The notes beneath the pieces are model-generated. The model saw only the letters and a list, made by a program, of their open reading frames with translations, was not told the origin of the DNA and ran no database searches. A stretch of DNA of 64,000 nucleotides. Origin: Octopus sinensis. Its lineage: Eukaryota. Below, one piece after another: positions 1-12,229 of this stretch. Numbering within the stretch: the stretch's first letter is position 1; each line of letters begins with the position of its first letter. Where the stretch lies: contig NC_043022.1 of the NCBI RefSeq assembly GCF_006345805.1, forward strand, positions 13,950,001-14,014,000, written 5' to 3'. The translations under genes were made by a program, and so were the position numbers.

Positions 1-85
1 CCCGTGAGTATCGTGGGTGTTATGTCCCAAAACCCCCCGCAATAGGTGAAAACCTGTGAAGTAGAAACAGTACTGTACTGTATAA

Positions 86-343
86 ATAAAATAAATGCAC
101 CCTTTTAAAGCCTAGCCAGGCTCATGGGCCCAGTTTCCCGGTTTCTATGGCGTATGTGTTTCCCAGCTGGACGGGACACCAGTGCATCACAGCGTTACTC
201 ATTTTTGCCAGCTGAGTGGACTGGAGCAACATGAAATGAAGTGTTTTGCTCAAGAACACAACATGTTGCCCAGTCCAGGAATTGAAACCACAATCTTACG
301 ATCATGATGCTGACACCCTAAGTACTAAGCCACACACCTCCAC
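86..343 (-). mobile_element. tRNA-derived SINE, family E
   Basis: Reverse strand has a tRNA-like head with A/B boxes (GGTTTCAATTCC), a central TTGAGCAAAACACTTCATTTCATGTTGCTCCAGTCCACTCAGCTG block and a TTTA tail; homologs at 9669 and 58988. Confidence 0.8.
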
Positions 344-537
344 ACAGTACTGTATATTTTTTTTTAGTACTTTAATATTTTGCATATATTTATTTTATTA
401 TAAATTCAAAATAAACACCACGGAGGAATCAACATAAGTTAAAATAATAAGCCATGATAGGTGATCCACGATATGGCAAGGGATTACTGTATGTATGTAT
501 GTATGTATGTATACATACATATATATATAGAGAGAGA

Positions 538-900
538 GGCGCAGGAGTGGCTGTGTGGTAAGTAGCTTGCTAACCAGCCACATGGTTCCGGGTTCAGTCC
601 CACTGCGTAGCATCTTGGGCAAGTGTCTTCTGCTATAGCCCCGGGCTGACCAATGCCTTGTGAGTGGATTTGGTAGACGGAAACTGAAAGAAGCCTGTCG
701 TATATATATATATATATATATATATATGAATGTGTGTGTTTGTGTGTCTGTGTTTGTCCCCCTAGCATTGCTTGACAACCGATGCTGGTGTGTTTACGTC
801 CCCGTCACTTAGCGGTTCGGCAAAAGAGACCGATAGAATAAGTACTGGGCTTACAAAGAATAAGTCTTGGGGTTTGATTTGCTTGACTGAAACAACTAAA
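538..900 (+). mobile_element. tRNA-derived SINE, family A (internal TA/TG microsatellite)
   Basis: GGCGCAGGAGTGGCTGTGTGGTAAG head, GGTTCAGTCCC B-box, CORE-like CCTTGGGCAAGTGTCTTC block; more than 20 homologs in the window. Confidence 0.85.
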
Positions 901-2599
901 AAAATATATATATATATATATATAAGGAGAGAGAGAGAGAGGCATGGCTGTGTGGTAAGAAGCTTGCTTCCCAACCATATGGTTCCAGGATCAGTCTCAC
1001 TACATGGCAGCTTGGGGAGCAAGTGTCTTCAACTATAGCCTTAGGCTGACCAAAGCCTTGTTAGTGAATTTGGTAGATGGAAACTGAAAGAAGCCTATCA
1101 TACATATACATATATATACACACGCACATACGTAAGTATACATCTATGTGTGTGTATGTCTCTTTGTGTCTATGTTTGTCTCCTACCAGTGCTCGACAGT
1201 CGGTGTTGGTGTGTTTATGTCCTCATAGCTTCACAGTTCTGCAAGAAGAGACCAAGTAACAGGCTTAAAATACTGTGGTCGAGCCATTCGACAAAATTCC
1301 TTCAAGGCAGTGCCCCAGCATGGGCGTGACCTAATGTTAGGAACAAGAAAAGGATATAAAGATATATATAACACACACGCACACAAACAAAAGAGACCCA
1401 GAAGAAAATACTGTCACAGAGGAAACACTGAAAAGTTAACACATGTATTGGTGAGTAACTTGGATGATAAGGATATTGACGAAGTGAACTACAATCAGTG
1501 CATGTGGTTTCATTGAATGACCCCACCACCCAGCACAGAAATTTTTGAAAAAAAATGAAAAACATCACTACGATATCCTCAATTCATATATGGTTTCACA
1601 TAAAGAATCTCTCAACACAAATATACAAGAAAGGTGTGTGTGTGTGTGTGTGGTGGGGTGGGGTGTTGTTTAGAAACACGAATGTGTTTGCCCGTGTTGT
1701 TGCATGCATAATAGGCTTTGTATTTGTTGACATGCATATATAATTTGGTTACTTTTATTGTAGTAGAGCAACTTTTCAAGGATATACATATATATATTTA
1801 TATATATATATACATATATATGTATATCTGTTTGTTTTTTGTTGTTCAAAAAAAGGTTCTATGTTTTTGTTTTCATGTTTTCCTTTCTCATTGTGTTCAA
1901 CACTTTTTTATATCCTGTACCCATTTATGCATGTGTGTGTGTGTACATATATATATATATTTAGGTATGTACATATATATATGCATTTATGCATATATTT
2001 GTATATAACTTATATAATTATATGATCGAATGCCATGCATCCTGTTCCAAGTAAGTTTTATTTATATATGTATATACATACATACATACGTATGTATGTA
2101 TGTATGTATGTATGTATATATATATATTTATTTCTTTATTGTAAGTTGGTGCTTTTGTTGTTGTCAAAATGTGTTGCACGCATGGATCATGAATCATAAG
2201 TCGACAATTTCATAACCCAACTCTCCTCAGCTTAAGAATATACTCATAGAATATGCCCCACCCATCCCCCTTTACATACATATCTATACACACGCACGCG
2301 CTTACATGTATCCACCCATATCCACCACTTCAAAGCGGCGTTAGAACACGCAAATACTGCAATACTTACAAAGAGAGAAAGACACTCATTTGGCTATTTT
2401 GGTGCATAAAAGCACATCGTAGCTCTCACCAGCAGCAACAGCAGACAATCACTGCTACTTCCACTGCCTGGATTATCAGATCACATGATTCTGGCCTCTT
2501 AAACAATCAAAGACAAGAATTCATAACTACCTGGAACCTTCAAGGGTGAAAAATAACAGAGAGACGGGGACAGGCAGAAACAAGGAAAATGCTCCTTGT

Positions 2600-2720
2600 A
2601 TTTGAATACTATGGAAAGTTTGGGCCGAAACTGCTTTCAGCTGACCAAAAAGACACTCGGGTTTCAGTTGCACAAGATCTCCTTGATTGTGTCAAGAACA
2701 ATGGAAACTTTGCATAAGTC
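2600..2720 (+). pseudogene. mariner-like transposase fragment
   Basis: Translates GKFGPKLLSADQKDTRVSVAQDLLDCVKNNGNF, resembling the mariner (A)KFVPKLL..QK..R...A.DLL segment; short and isolated. Confidence 0.45.
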
Positions 2721-2794
2721 TCTGAGCAGGTGTTGCCAAGCCTTTGGCAAATTTTGATGCAGATTCTCTGCTCAACTTTATCTTATATATATAT

Positions 2795-2829
<35 letters not shown>

Positions 2830-3344
2830 CATCATCATCATCATCATCATTTAGCATCCACTTTCCATGCTAGCATGGGTTGGACGGTTCAACTGGGGTC
2901 TGGGAAGAAGCCTGTCGTATATATGTATATATATATAAGTGTGTGTGTATATGTATGTGTGTGTCTGTGTTTGTCCCCCTAGCTTTGCTTGACAACCGAT
3001 GCTGGTGTGTTTACGTCCCCGTCACTTAGCGGTTCAGCAAAAGAGACCGATAGAATAAGTACTGGGCTTACAAAAGAATAAGTCCTGGGGTCGATTTGCT
3101 CAACTAAAGGTGGTGGTCCAGCATGGCCACAGTCAAATGACTGAAACAAGTAAAAGAGAGTAAAAAGAGAAAGAGAGAATAATAATGATAATAATAATAA
3201 GGTGACTAACAAGTTTACACCTTTACAGGTAAAATATAAACTAAATTCAGATTTGATAGACAGAGACATCACTCCAAAACCGCCAATAACTCGCTATTAA
3301 AATACAGGTGGGCAATGCAATGAATAATGCAGAAATAGGCTTAC

Positions 3345-3436
3345 CTTGGCATGGAATACAGAAGGTAGGAATGTGTATGTTTCAGTACCAAATGATTTCG
3401 CTCTCTGTATGCAAAACCATACTTTGTGTTCATCAG
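3345..3436 (-). CDS. candidate isolated internal exon of an unidentified host gene
   Basis: Acceptor TTATTTTCAG, donor AAG|GTAAGC; 92 nt open in two frames (ADEHKVWFCIQRAKSFGTETYTFLPSVFHAK or LMNTKYGFAYRERNHLVLKHTHSYLLYSMP); no recognised homology. Confidence 0.3.
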
Positions 3437-3649
3437 CTGAAAATAACACTTTAACATCAGCTTCTGGAATATTCATCACATTACCTCGTGAGCATTCTTT
3501 GTTTTAAACATCCCTGCAACATTCAAGACAAAACTATTGTGAGCCAGTATAAATTTAAATTGGATAAGTATTATCACTGTAATTAAAAATAATTAGGTGG
3601 CTGGCAAGTTTACATCTTTATCAGGTAAAATATAAACTAAATTGAGATT

Positions 3650-3903
3650 CAATCATCATCATCATCATCATCGTTTAACGTCCGCTTTCCATGCTAGCAT
3701 GGGTTGGATGATTTTGACTGAGGGCTGGCAAACCAGATGGCTGCACCAGGCTCCAATCTTGACCTGGCAGAGTTTCTACAGCTGTAGAAACACTGCCAGA
3801 TCAGACTGGGCCTGGTGCAGCCTTCGGGCTTCCCAGACCCCAGTTGAACCGTCCAACCCATACTAGCATGGAAAGCGGACGCTAAATGATGATGATGATG
3901 ATG
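3650..3903. mobile_element. two oppositely oriented family-D (RTE-tail-like, (GAT)n-ended) fragments fused head-to-head
   Basis: (CAT)n-CGTTTAACGTCCGCTTTCCATGCTAGCATGGG on the left, its reverse complement on the right; junction TTTCTACAGCTGTAGAAA. Confidence 0.75.
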
Positions 3904-3997
3904 AATAATTGATGTTTATCAATTAACAATTTTATCTCCATTTTCTTATTCTTCCTATTTTACTAAATTCATTATTTTTTTAAATAATCGTAACATA

Positions 3998-4398
3998 GGT
4001 GCAGGAGTGGCTGTGTGGTAAGTAGCTTGCTAACCAACCACATGGTTCCGGGTTCAGTCCCACTGCGTGGCACCTTGGGCAAGTGTCTTCTGCTATAGCC
4101 CCAGGCCGACCAATGCCTTGTGAGTGGATTTGGTAGACAGAAACTGAAAGAAGCCTGTCATATATATATATAAGTGTGTGTGTATATGTTTGTGTGTCTG
4201 TGTTTGTCCCCCTAGCATTGCTTGACAACCGATGCTGGTGTGTTTACGTCCCCATTACTTAGCGGTTCGGCAAAAGAGACCGATAGAATAAGTACTGGGC
4301 TTACAAAGAATAAGTCCCGGGGTCGATTTGCTTGACTAAAGGCGGTGCTCCAGCATGGCCACAGTCCAATGACTGAAACAAGTAAAAGAGTAAAGAGT
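3998..4398 (+). mobile_element. SINE family A, full length
   Basis: Head to (GTAAAAGA)n tail. Confidence 0.9.
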
Positions 4399-4506
4399 AA
4401 AGGCAGTGTATTTCAACAGGAATATGGTAACAGAAGGGTTAAACAGATCGAGATTAAAACCAACCATTAAAACTTCATAAGGACAAAATTATTTTACTAA
4501 ATCCAT

Positions 4507-4905
4507 TACTCTTTTTACTCTTTTACTTGTTTCAGTCATTTGACTGCGGCCATGCTGGAGCACCATCTTTAATCGAGCAACTCGACCCCGGGACTTATTC
4601 TTTTTGTAAGCCCAGTACTTATTCTATCGGTCTCTTTTTGCCGAACCGCTAAGTGACGGGGACATAAACACACCAGCATCGGTTGTCAAGTAATGCTAGG
4701 GGGACAAACACAGACACACACATACATATATATACATATATACGACGGGCTTCTTTCAGTTTCCGTCTACCAAATCCACTCACAAGGCTTTGGTCGGCCC
4801 AAGGCTATAGTAGAAGACACTTGCCCAAGGTGCCACGCAGTGGGACTGAACCCGGAACCATGTGGTTGGTAAACAAGCTACTTACCACACAGCCACTCCT
4901 GCGCC
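4507..4905 (-). mobile_element. SINE family A, full length
   Basis: Reverse-complement copy, tail-to-tail with the previous copy. Confidence 0.9.
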
Positions 4906-5205
4906 TATTATATTTTTTTTTTTTAAATAATTGCAACAAAAGCAACATATTTCAACAGGAATCTGGTAACAAAAGGGTTAAAGTGATCTAAGTTAGAACC
5001 ATCCATCAAAATGTCAACAATTGATATCAGCAAAGGTTCTCCCCTGTTTGCTTGTAATTCTATTCAATAGACTCATTCATGCAATTAAGTAATTCCCGTA
5101 AACATTCCCAGGAAATGACAATAAAAACCTGTTATATTCATTGCATTACTCAATAGATTTAAGTTGTTTTTTCCCTCTCTTATCAACTCGTGTTTACTGA
5201 ACAGA

Positions 5206-5760
5206 AAGTGGAGGCGCAATGGCCCAGTGGTTAGGGCAGCGGACTCGCTGTCATAGGATCGCGGTTTTGATTCCCAGACCGGACGTTGTGCGTGTTTATT
5301 GATCGAAAACACCTAAAAACTCCACAACGCTCCGGCAGGGGATGGTGGTGATCCCTGCTGTACTCTTTCACAGTGGAGGCGCAATGGCCCAGTGGTTAGG
5401 GCAGCGGACTCGCGGTCATAGGATCGCGGTTTCGATTCCCAGACCGGGCGTTGTGAGTGGTTATTGAGCGAAAACACCTAAAAAAGCTCCACGATGCTCC
5501 GGCAGGGGATGGTGGTGATCCCTGCTGTACTCTTTCACCACAACTTTCTCTCACTCTTTCTTCCTGTTTCTCTTGTACCTGTATTTCAAAGGGCCGGCCT
5601 TGTCACTCTCTGTGTCACGCTGAATATCCCCGAGAACTACGTTAAGGGTGCACGTGTCTGTGGAGTGCTCAGCCACTTACACGTTAATTTTACGAGCAGG
5701 CTGTTCCGTTGATTCGGATCAACCGGAACCCTCATCGTCATAACCGACAGAGTGCTTCCA
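5206..5760 (+). mobile_element. SINE family B: truncated head copy (5206-5370) followed by a full copy (5372-5760)
   Basis: GTGGAGGCGCAATGGCCCAGTGGTTAGGGCAGCGGACTCGC tRNA-like head occurs twice; B-box GGTTTCGATTCCC. Confidence 0.85.
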
Positions 5761-6039
5761 TCCACTGAACAAAAAAAAAAAAAAACATTGAGAAGAAACA
5801 GAAATTCTTTACAAATTATTATTTTCAGATTTATGACAGTCCAAGAATATTGTTTATCTTCCTGCTTCACCCAGTTTCCTTGGATGTTTGATGACTTCAT
5901 TACAACATCCTTATCCTGAACAGGACGCAGGCCCATTGCAAAGTTAACTTTCTAGTTATTTGCTGGATCTCATTTACAGCTGAGTGGACTGGACCAACGT
6001 GGAAGGAAAATGCTTTACTCAAGAATACAATAGACCAGC

Positions 6040-6340
6040 CAGGATGAAAGGCAAAATCGATCTCGGCGGAATTTGAACTCAGAACATAACGGCAGACGAA
6101 ATACCTGTTTCTTTACTACCCACAAGGGGCTAAACCCAAAGGAGACAAACAAGGACAGACAGACAGATTAAGTCGATTATATCGACCCTAGTGTGTAACT
6201 GGTACTTAATTTATTGACTCCGAAAGGATGAATGGCAAAGTCAACCTCAGCGGAATTTGAACTCAGAACATAACGGCAGACGAAATATCGCTAGGCATTT
6301 CGCCCGGCGTGCTAATGTTTCTGCCAGCTCGCCACCTTTA
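6040..6340 (-). mobile_element. SINE family C, two-unit concatemer
   Basis: Reverse strand GAGTTCAAATTCCGCCGAGGTCGACTTTGCCTTTCATCCTTTCGGGGTCGAT block repeated. Confidence 0.8.
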
Positions 6341-6631
6341 CCCAATTCACTCACCAAGCTTTTGATCAATGCAAAACTGGAGTGGAGTGATAGAAGATAC
6401 TTGCTCAAGGTAGCATTGTTGTTGGACTGACTCCAAAACTACATACCTGTAGTCAAGGAATTGAAACTAAAATCTTACAATCACGACCGCAACACCCTAA
6501 CCACGAGGCCACGTACACTCAGATACATATATATGTAAAGTATAAGTGAGGATATATAAACCTCAGGGGGATAAAAATATTCAGGATTAGAATGGTTGAA
6601 TGCCTAATAATATACACAAGCACAAATATAT

Positions 6632-7620
6632 ATTCATCATCAACGTTTGACGTCCGTTTACCATGCTAGGATGGGTTGGACGGCTTGACCGGGGTCTGAG
6701 AAGCCAGGAGGCTGCACCAGGCCCCGGTCTGATCTGGCAGTGTTTCTACAGCTGGATGCCCTTCCTAACGCCAACCACTCCGTGATTGTAGTGGGTGCTT
6801 TTTACGTGCCACCACCACAGGGGCCAGGGGAGGCTGGCAATGGCCACAATCGGTTGGTGCTTTTTACGTGCCACCGGCATGGAAGCCAGTCGAGGCGGCG
6901 CTGGCAACGGCCACATTTGGATGGTGCTTTTTACGTGCCACCACCACAGGGGCCAGGGGAGGCTGGCAACGGCCACAATCGGTTGGTGCTTTTTACGTGC
7001 CAATGGCATGGAAGCCAGTCGAGGCAGCGCTGGCAACGGCCACATTTGGATGGTGCTTTTTACATGCCACCACCACAGGGGCCAGGGGAGGCTGGCAATG
7101 GCCACATTTGGATGGTGCTTTTTACGTGCCAATGGCATGGAAGCCAGTCGAGGCAGCGCTGGCAACGGCCACATTTGGATGGTGCTTTTTACATGCCACC
7201 ACCACAGGGGCCAGGGGAGGCTGGCAATGGCCACATTTGGATGGTGCTTTTTACATGCCACCACCACAGGGGCAGGGGAGGCTGGCAACGGCCACAATCG
7301 GTTGGTGCTTTTTACGTGCCAATGGCATGGAAGCCAGTCGAGGCAGCGCTGGCAACGGCCACATTTGGATGGTGCTTTTTACATGCCACCACCACAGGGG
7401 CCAGGGGAGGCTGGCAATGGCCACATTTGGATGGTGCTTTTTACATGCCACCACCACAGGGGCCAGGGGAGGCTGGCAATGGCCCCACAATCGGTTGGTG
7501 CTTTTTACGTGCCACCGGCATGGAAGCCAATCAAGGCAGCGCTGGCAACGGCCACATTTGGATGGTGCTTTTTATGTGCCACCAGCACTGGTATCACAAC
7601 TACAATTTCCATTTGCCCTA
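6632..7620 (-). mobile_element. family-D element with expanded internal minisatellite
   Basis: Conserved GGATGCCCTTCCTAACGCCAACC block followed by about 13 units. Confidence 0.8.
6795..7600. repeat. minisatellite of mostly alternating 62- and 67-bp units
   Basis: GTGCTTTTTAC anchor at 6795, 6857, 6924, 6986, 7053, 7115, 7182, 7244, 7305, 7372, 7434, 7498, 7565. Confidence 0.9.
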
Positions 7621-8477
7621 CACAAAGATGTACTGTGAAAATAAGCTCATGTATCTCAGCTAATGTATGTATACCAGCGGTATGTGGTGATGGTGGTGGT
7701 GGCAGTGGTGGTGTCAATGGTAGTGGTGGTAGTTGCAATGGTGAGGGTGGTGGTTGTGGTGATGATGATTGTGGTGGTGGAGGTAGATAGGGTAGTGATG
7801 GTTGCAGTTGTGGTTAGGGAGGTGCTTCTGAATATGTTAACTCATTTGCTCAGTATATATATACACACACACATATATATATATTATTTATATTATTATT
7901 TGATTGAATGCCACGCATCCATTTCCAAGTATATATACATACATATACATATATATGTACATACATATACATACACATCCATACCGCTATACATTTATAC
8001 ATACAGATACACACACACACATATATATATATACACACACACATACATATACATACACACACACATATATATACACACACACATATATATATACACACAC
8101 ACATATATATATATACACACACACACATACATGTATTTCTATATTCCTCGTACTTTGAACCCCGATCTTCAAACAATGATTGTATTTCATAAAAAAGCAC
8201 AAAAACTGTTTGTTTCGCTTTTCTAAGAAAGAAAGAGAGAGAGAGAAAACAAAACAACAACAACAAAAACCTCACCAGAATTAGTTTTCCTATTTTACGT
8301 AACCTTCATTCCCTTCTTTGGTGTGAGATCTTTGTGAGGCCATTTTTGTTTCCCCCTTTTCAGCTTCAAACACCAATTATTTTAATGCATTTCACTTCTT
8401 TCAATAATTAGCAATCCAATAAATGATGAGCCGGCAGAATCGTTAGCACGCCGGGCAAAATGTTTTATTTTTATTTA

Positions 8478-8765
8478 TGCACCCCTTTCAAGCCTAGCCA
8501 GGCTCATGGGCCCCGATTTCCTTGTTTCTATGGCGTATGTGTTCCCCCCCAGCTGGACGGGACGCCAGTCCATCACAGCATTACTCAAGAAACAGGAAGA
8601 GAGAGTGAGAGAAAGTTTGGGCGAAAGAGTACAACAGGGTTGTCACCACCCCCTGCTGGAGCCTCGTGGAGCTTTTAGGTGTCTTCGCTCAATAAACACA
8701 TACAACGCCCGGTCTGGGAATCGAAACCGCGATCCTCCGACTGCGAGTCTGCTGCCCTAACCACT
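8478..8765 (-). mobile_element. chimeric SINE: family-B head with family-E 3' tail
   Basis: 8600-8765 matches the B head; 8478-8590 matches the tail of the 86-343 element. Confidence 0.7.
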
Positions 8766-9668
8766 GCCTCAGTAGTGCAGTAGGCAGCGCGTCAGTCTCA
8801 TGATCCAAATGCTTAGCAACACTTTGTCCACATCTTTACATTTTGAGTTCAAATTCTGCTGAGGTCGACTTTGCCTTTCGTCTTTCCAGGGCCAACAAAA
8901 TAAGTACCAGTTGAGTACTGGGGTCGATTTAATTGACTAACCCCTCCCCTGAAATTGCTGGCTTTGTACCAAAATTTGAAACCAGTAATTAGCAATCCAA
9001 GGTGGTGAAAACTGGCAGAATCGTTAGCACACCAGACACAATACTCAATTAAACATTTTTTTCTGGTTTTAAGTTTTGAGTTCAAATGCTGTTGAAGTCG
9101 ACTTACTGTCTTTCATCCTTTCGGGGTCGACAAAATAAACTACCAGTTCTGAACTGGGCAGGGGCAGGGGTCGATGAAATCAACTCTCTCACCTCTCCAA
9201 AACTTCAGGTTTTTTGCCTATCATAGAAAGAGAGAATTAGAAATTCAGTTGATTTGAGAGAATTTCAGTCGTTGACTCAGGAGAATTTTTCTGTGGCTAA
9301 GATCGATTATTTGAATAAACTTTGGCCTTCTTCCAATATATGCCATACATATAACTGGAATTGTTGATGTGAATGGCATAGTTTGGATGTCACAATACGG
9401 TAGACAAAGGATTTTAGATAAAGTTTAGATCGCAGATGTTTTTCTTAATTGATTTCAACTTATCTAGATGTGATGAATTACTTCTCTCGGTGGAAATTCA
9501 TGTTAAAGTGGCATGGAATATATTTTCAAACATACAAGGAGCATTCCAGAAGTTCTCAGACTTTTTCAGGAGAGACATCAATTAATTACAGAGGAGTGCA
9601 AAATTCTAATCTCTTTTTAAAGTCAGATCTTTTCACTTGTAGTGCTCCAGCCACTTCACCTTCCTGTA

Positions 9669-9921
9669 GAGGTGCATTGCTTAGAGGTTAGGGCGTCGGA
9701 CTCATGATCGTAAGATTGTGGTTTCGATTCCTGGACCAGGCGACGCGTTGTGTTCTTGAGCAAAATACTTCATTTCATGTTGCTCCAGTCAACTCACATG
9801 GCAAAAATGAGTAACCCTGCGAGGGACTAGCGTCCCATCCAGGTGGGGAATATATATGCCATGGAAACTGAGAAACTGACCCCTATGAGTCGACATGACT
9901 CAAGAAGAAAACTTTACCATT
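9669..9921 (+). mobile_element. SINE family E with 16-bp target-site duplication
   Basis: ACTTCACCTTCCTGTA flanks both sides (about 9653-9668 and 9922-9937). Confidence 0.85.
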
Positions 9922-9935
9922 ACTTCACCTTCCTG

Positions 9936-10680
9936 TAATTGTTGACAACAATCATAGTTGGAGTGCCCACATCAACAATAAGGTCGATATAGCTCGTAGG
10001 ATGAGCTCCTGGATCTTAAGAAACTTCCGGTCCAGAGAACAAGGTGTCATCATTCCACTTTTCTCCTCCTTTGTACAGCCACACCTCGAATACTACTGCC
10101 CCTTGTGGTCTCCCCATACAAAAAAAAAAACATCTCGAAAATTGAATCACCCCAGAGGGCACTCACTAAACGAATTGAAAACATGACTGATCTTGATTAC
10201 TGGGACCGCCTTAAAGCCTTGAAACTCTACTCTCACCCGTGTCGCCGCGAGCGGTACATCATTTGTGTGATGTGGAGAATATACCACCAGCATTGCCCAA
10301 ACGACCTGAACATTAGTTTCAAGGTTCATCCAAGGCTTGGGCTATGGGCCGTACGTCCCCTGCCCAATTCAGGATCACAACATATAGGCACACTGCGACA
10401 CAATTTCTATTCCTCAAAAAGCCCTGCCCTGTTCAACATTGTCCCTAAACTGATCAAAGAGGAAAACTATCCCATCACCTTTAAACGGAGTCTGGATAAA
10501 TTTCTTCAAGGAATACCAGGTAAGCCACCTGTACCTGGATACTATTCACTCAACAAGAACTCACTGCTTGAATGGGCCATAAACAAAGCTTGACTTAAAA
10601 AGGATTTAGATAATCCTATCAGGTGACGCTATTAAGTTAGACATGGCCTGGACCAATCTTTGGTCGAAACATATCTAAAT
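9936..10680 (+). mobile_element. 5'-truncated CR1/L2-group LINE (RT C-terminus and 3' UTR), frameshifted
   Basis: VIVDNNHSWSAHI..PLFSSFVQPHLEYYCPLWSPH and DYWDRLKALKLYS..RRERY motifs; frameshift at the A-run near 10120-10130. Confidence 0.85.
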
Positions 10681-10952
10681 TTTATTTATATATTTCTGCA
10701 GACGTTCGTAATGGCTATCACTACCTCATGAAGAGGGAAAGTTACGGAATTGGGGAACAATAATAAATAAAAACTTGTATTTTATTAAAAAAATTTCTAT
10801 GAGAATCATAATTCCCTTTGTATAAAACACATGGATATTAAAAAATAGTAAAAAAAAAATCACCCACTTCGTTGTCCTTTTAACTTCCAGACGAGGTAAC
10901 GATAGCGATTTCCGAAAGTCCGCCATTACGTCAAGCTTAGAAATAGATTTAA

Positions 10953-11163
10953 CCCTTTAGTGTTCAGATTACTCTGTTAAATGTAATACTTTTTCACTCA
11001 AATTGTTTTGAATTAATCATGCATTATCTTATAGCTTTGAGGTTTCAGCGATGTGATTGTTCATTTTCAGAATGGCATTGTAGGTTAGGTGTGAGAGGTT
11101 AGATATGGCCAGTTTGAGTATAAAACATATAGAATATATTGGGCCGGTTTAAACACTAAAGGG
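10953..11163. mobile_element. piggyBac-type MITE
   Basis: TTAA|CCCTTTAGTGTT...AACACTAAAGGG|TTAA. Confidence 0.85.
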
Positions 11164-11807
11164 TTAAAACGTTACTAGAATTTTAACATTAAAATACACG
11201 TGTGAATGCTATAAAGACATTTTGGGAAAGATTAATAAAAATTAACAAAATAATTACTTAAAGAGCACGTCCAAGTATTGCCTTACGTTAGTTTTCGTTC
11301 GTTCACTATGATTCCTCGTAGCCGTTGTTGTCTCTTTCATTGTTGGTGTCAAATGTTGTCAAAAAGCCAGCAAGTTCATGAGACGGGGATGAAACGATTA
11401 CATCGACTCCAGCGCTCAGCTGTATCATCCTTCGACTCCCGAAAAGACGAAAGGCGGAGTTTGAAATCAGAACATGACACGAAATACCGCCAAACATTTT
11501 GTCTCGTGCTAACGATTCTGTCAATTTGCCGCTTTGTTGTCTTTATTCATTATTAAACTGGAGGAGGTTTTTTTAAAACTTCTCTCTCTTTTATTTTCAA
11601 TGAAAATTTATCGTTTTATTTTGAAAAAAAACCAAAAGCTTCAGACAAATTTTTAGCTATTAAAATACGCATTTTCCTTTTTTTTACCTCGTTCTTCTGC
11701 ACTTCTCCATGGTGTCCAAGTGAATATAGTATGTTATAGCTCAAGTATTGCCGTATTTTAAAACAATTGTATCCCTCCGAAGTAGACAGTAGGTATAATA
11801 AAAACTG

Positions 11808-12229
11808 GGCAATCTTTCGTCTCTAGTAGACCTTTCCGTCGATTTCCGTAAATTTTTTTTTTTTTTTTACATATGGGCTTGCGGGAACTTTTGAAGTAAT
11901 GAGAGCGAAAGAGACTAAGAGAAAGCGATTGTATGACGAGGGAAGTTCTTTTGAAGTTACCGTGCATGGAACGCATTGATGTACATGTGTGTGTGTGTGT
12001 TTGATGGGGTGTGGGAGACAGACAGTATGTTGTGTAAGTGAAGTGCTTCTGTTAGTGTGTGTGAAGAGACAGAGAGTAATGTGTGAAAGAAAGAGATAAC
12101 TGAAATTTTTTACTCGGTGTATGTGTATATGTATGTATATTACTTCAAAAGTTCCCGCAAGCCCATATGTAAAAAAAAAAAAAATTTACGGATATCGTCG
12201 GAAAGGTCTACTAGAGACGAAAGATCGCC
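11808..12229. mobile_element. MITE with about 90-bp TIRs, GG termini and 8-bp TSD (Merlin- or Mutator-like)
   Basis: TIRs 11808-11900 and 12139-12229; TSD AAAAACTG at 11800-11807 and 12230-12237. Confidence 0.85.

Noticed and set aside
53-78. Hammerhead-like CTGTGA..GAAACAGTACTGTA at the window start
   Set aside because: Core incomplete and no stem II; at best a decayed pLTR remnant
5829-5950. Exon-like segment after a strong TTTTCAG
   Set aside because: All plus-strand frames stop within about 90 nt, and there is no convincing donor on either strand
6740-7790. 183-331-aa repetitive ORFs on both strands
   Set aside because: Minisatellite inside a retroposon; open in several frames at once, and unit lengths (61-67 bp) are not triplet-constrained
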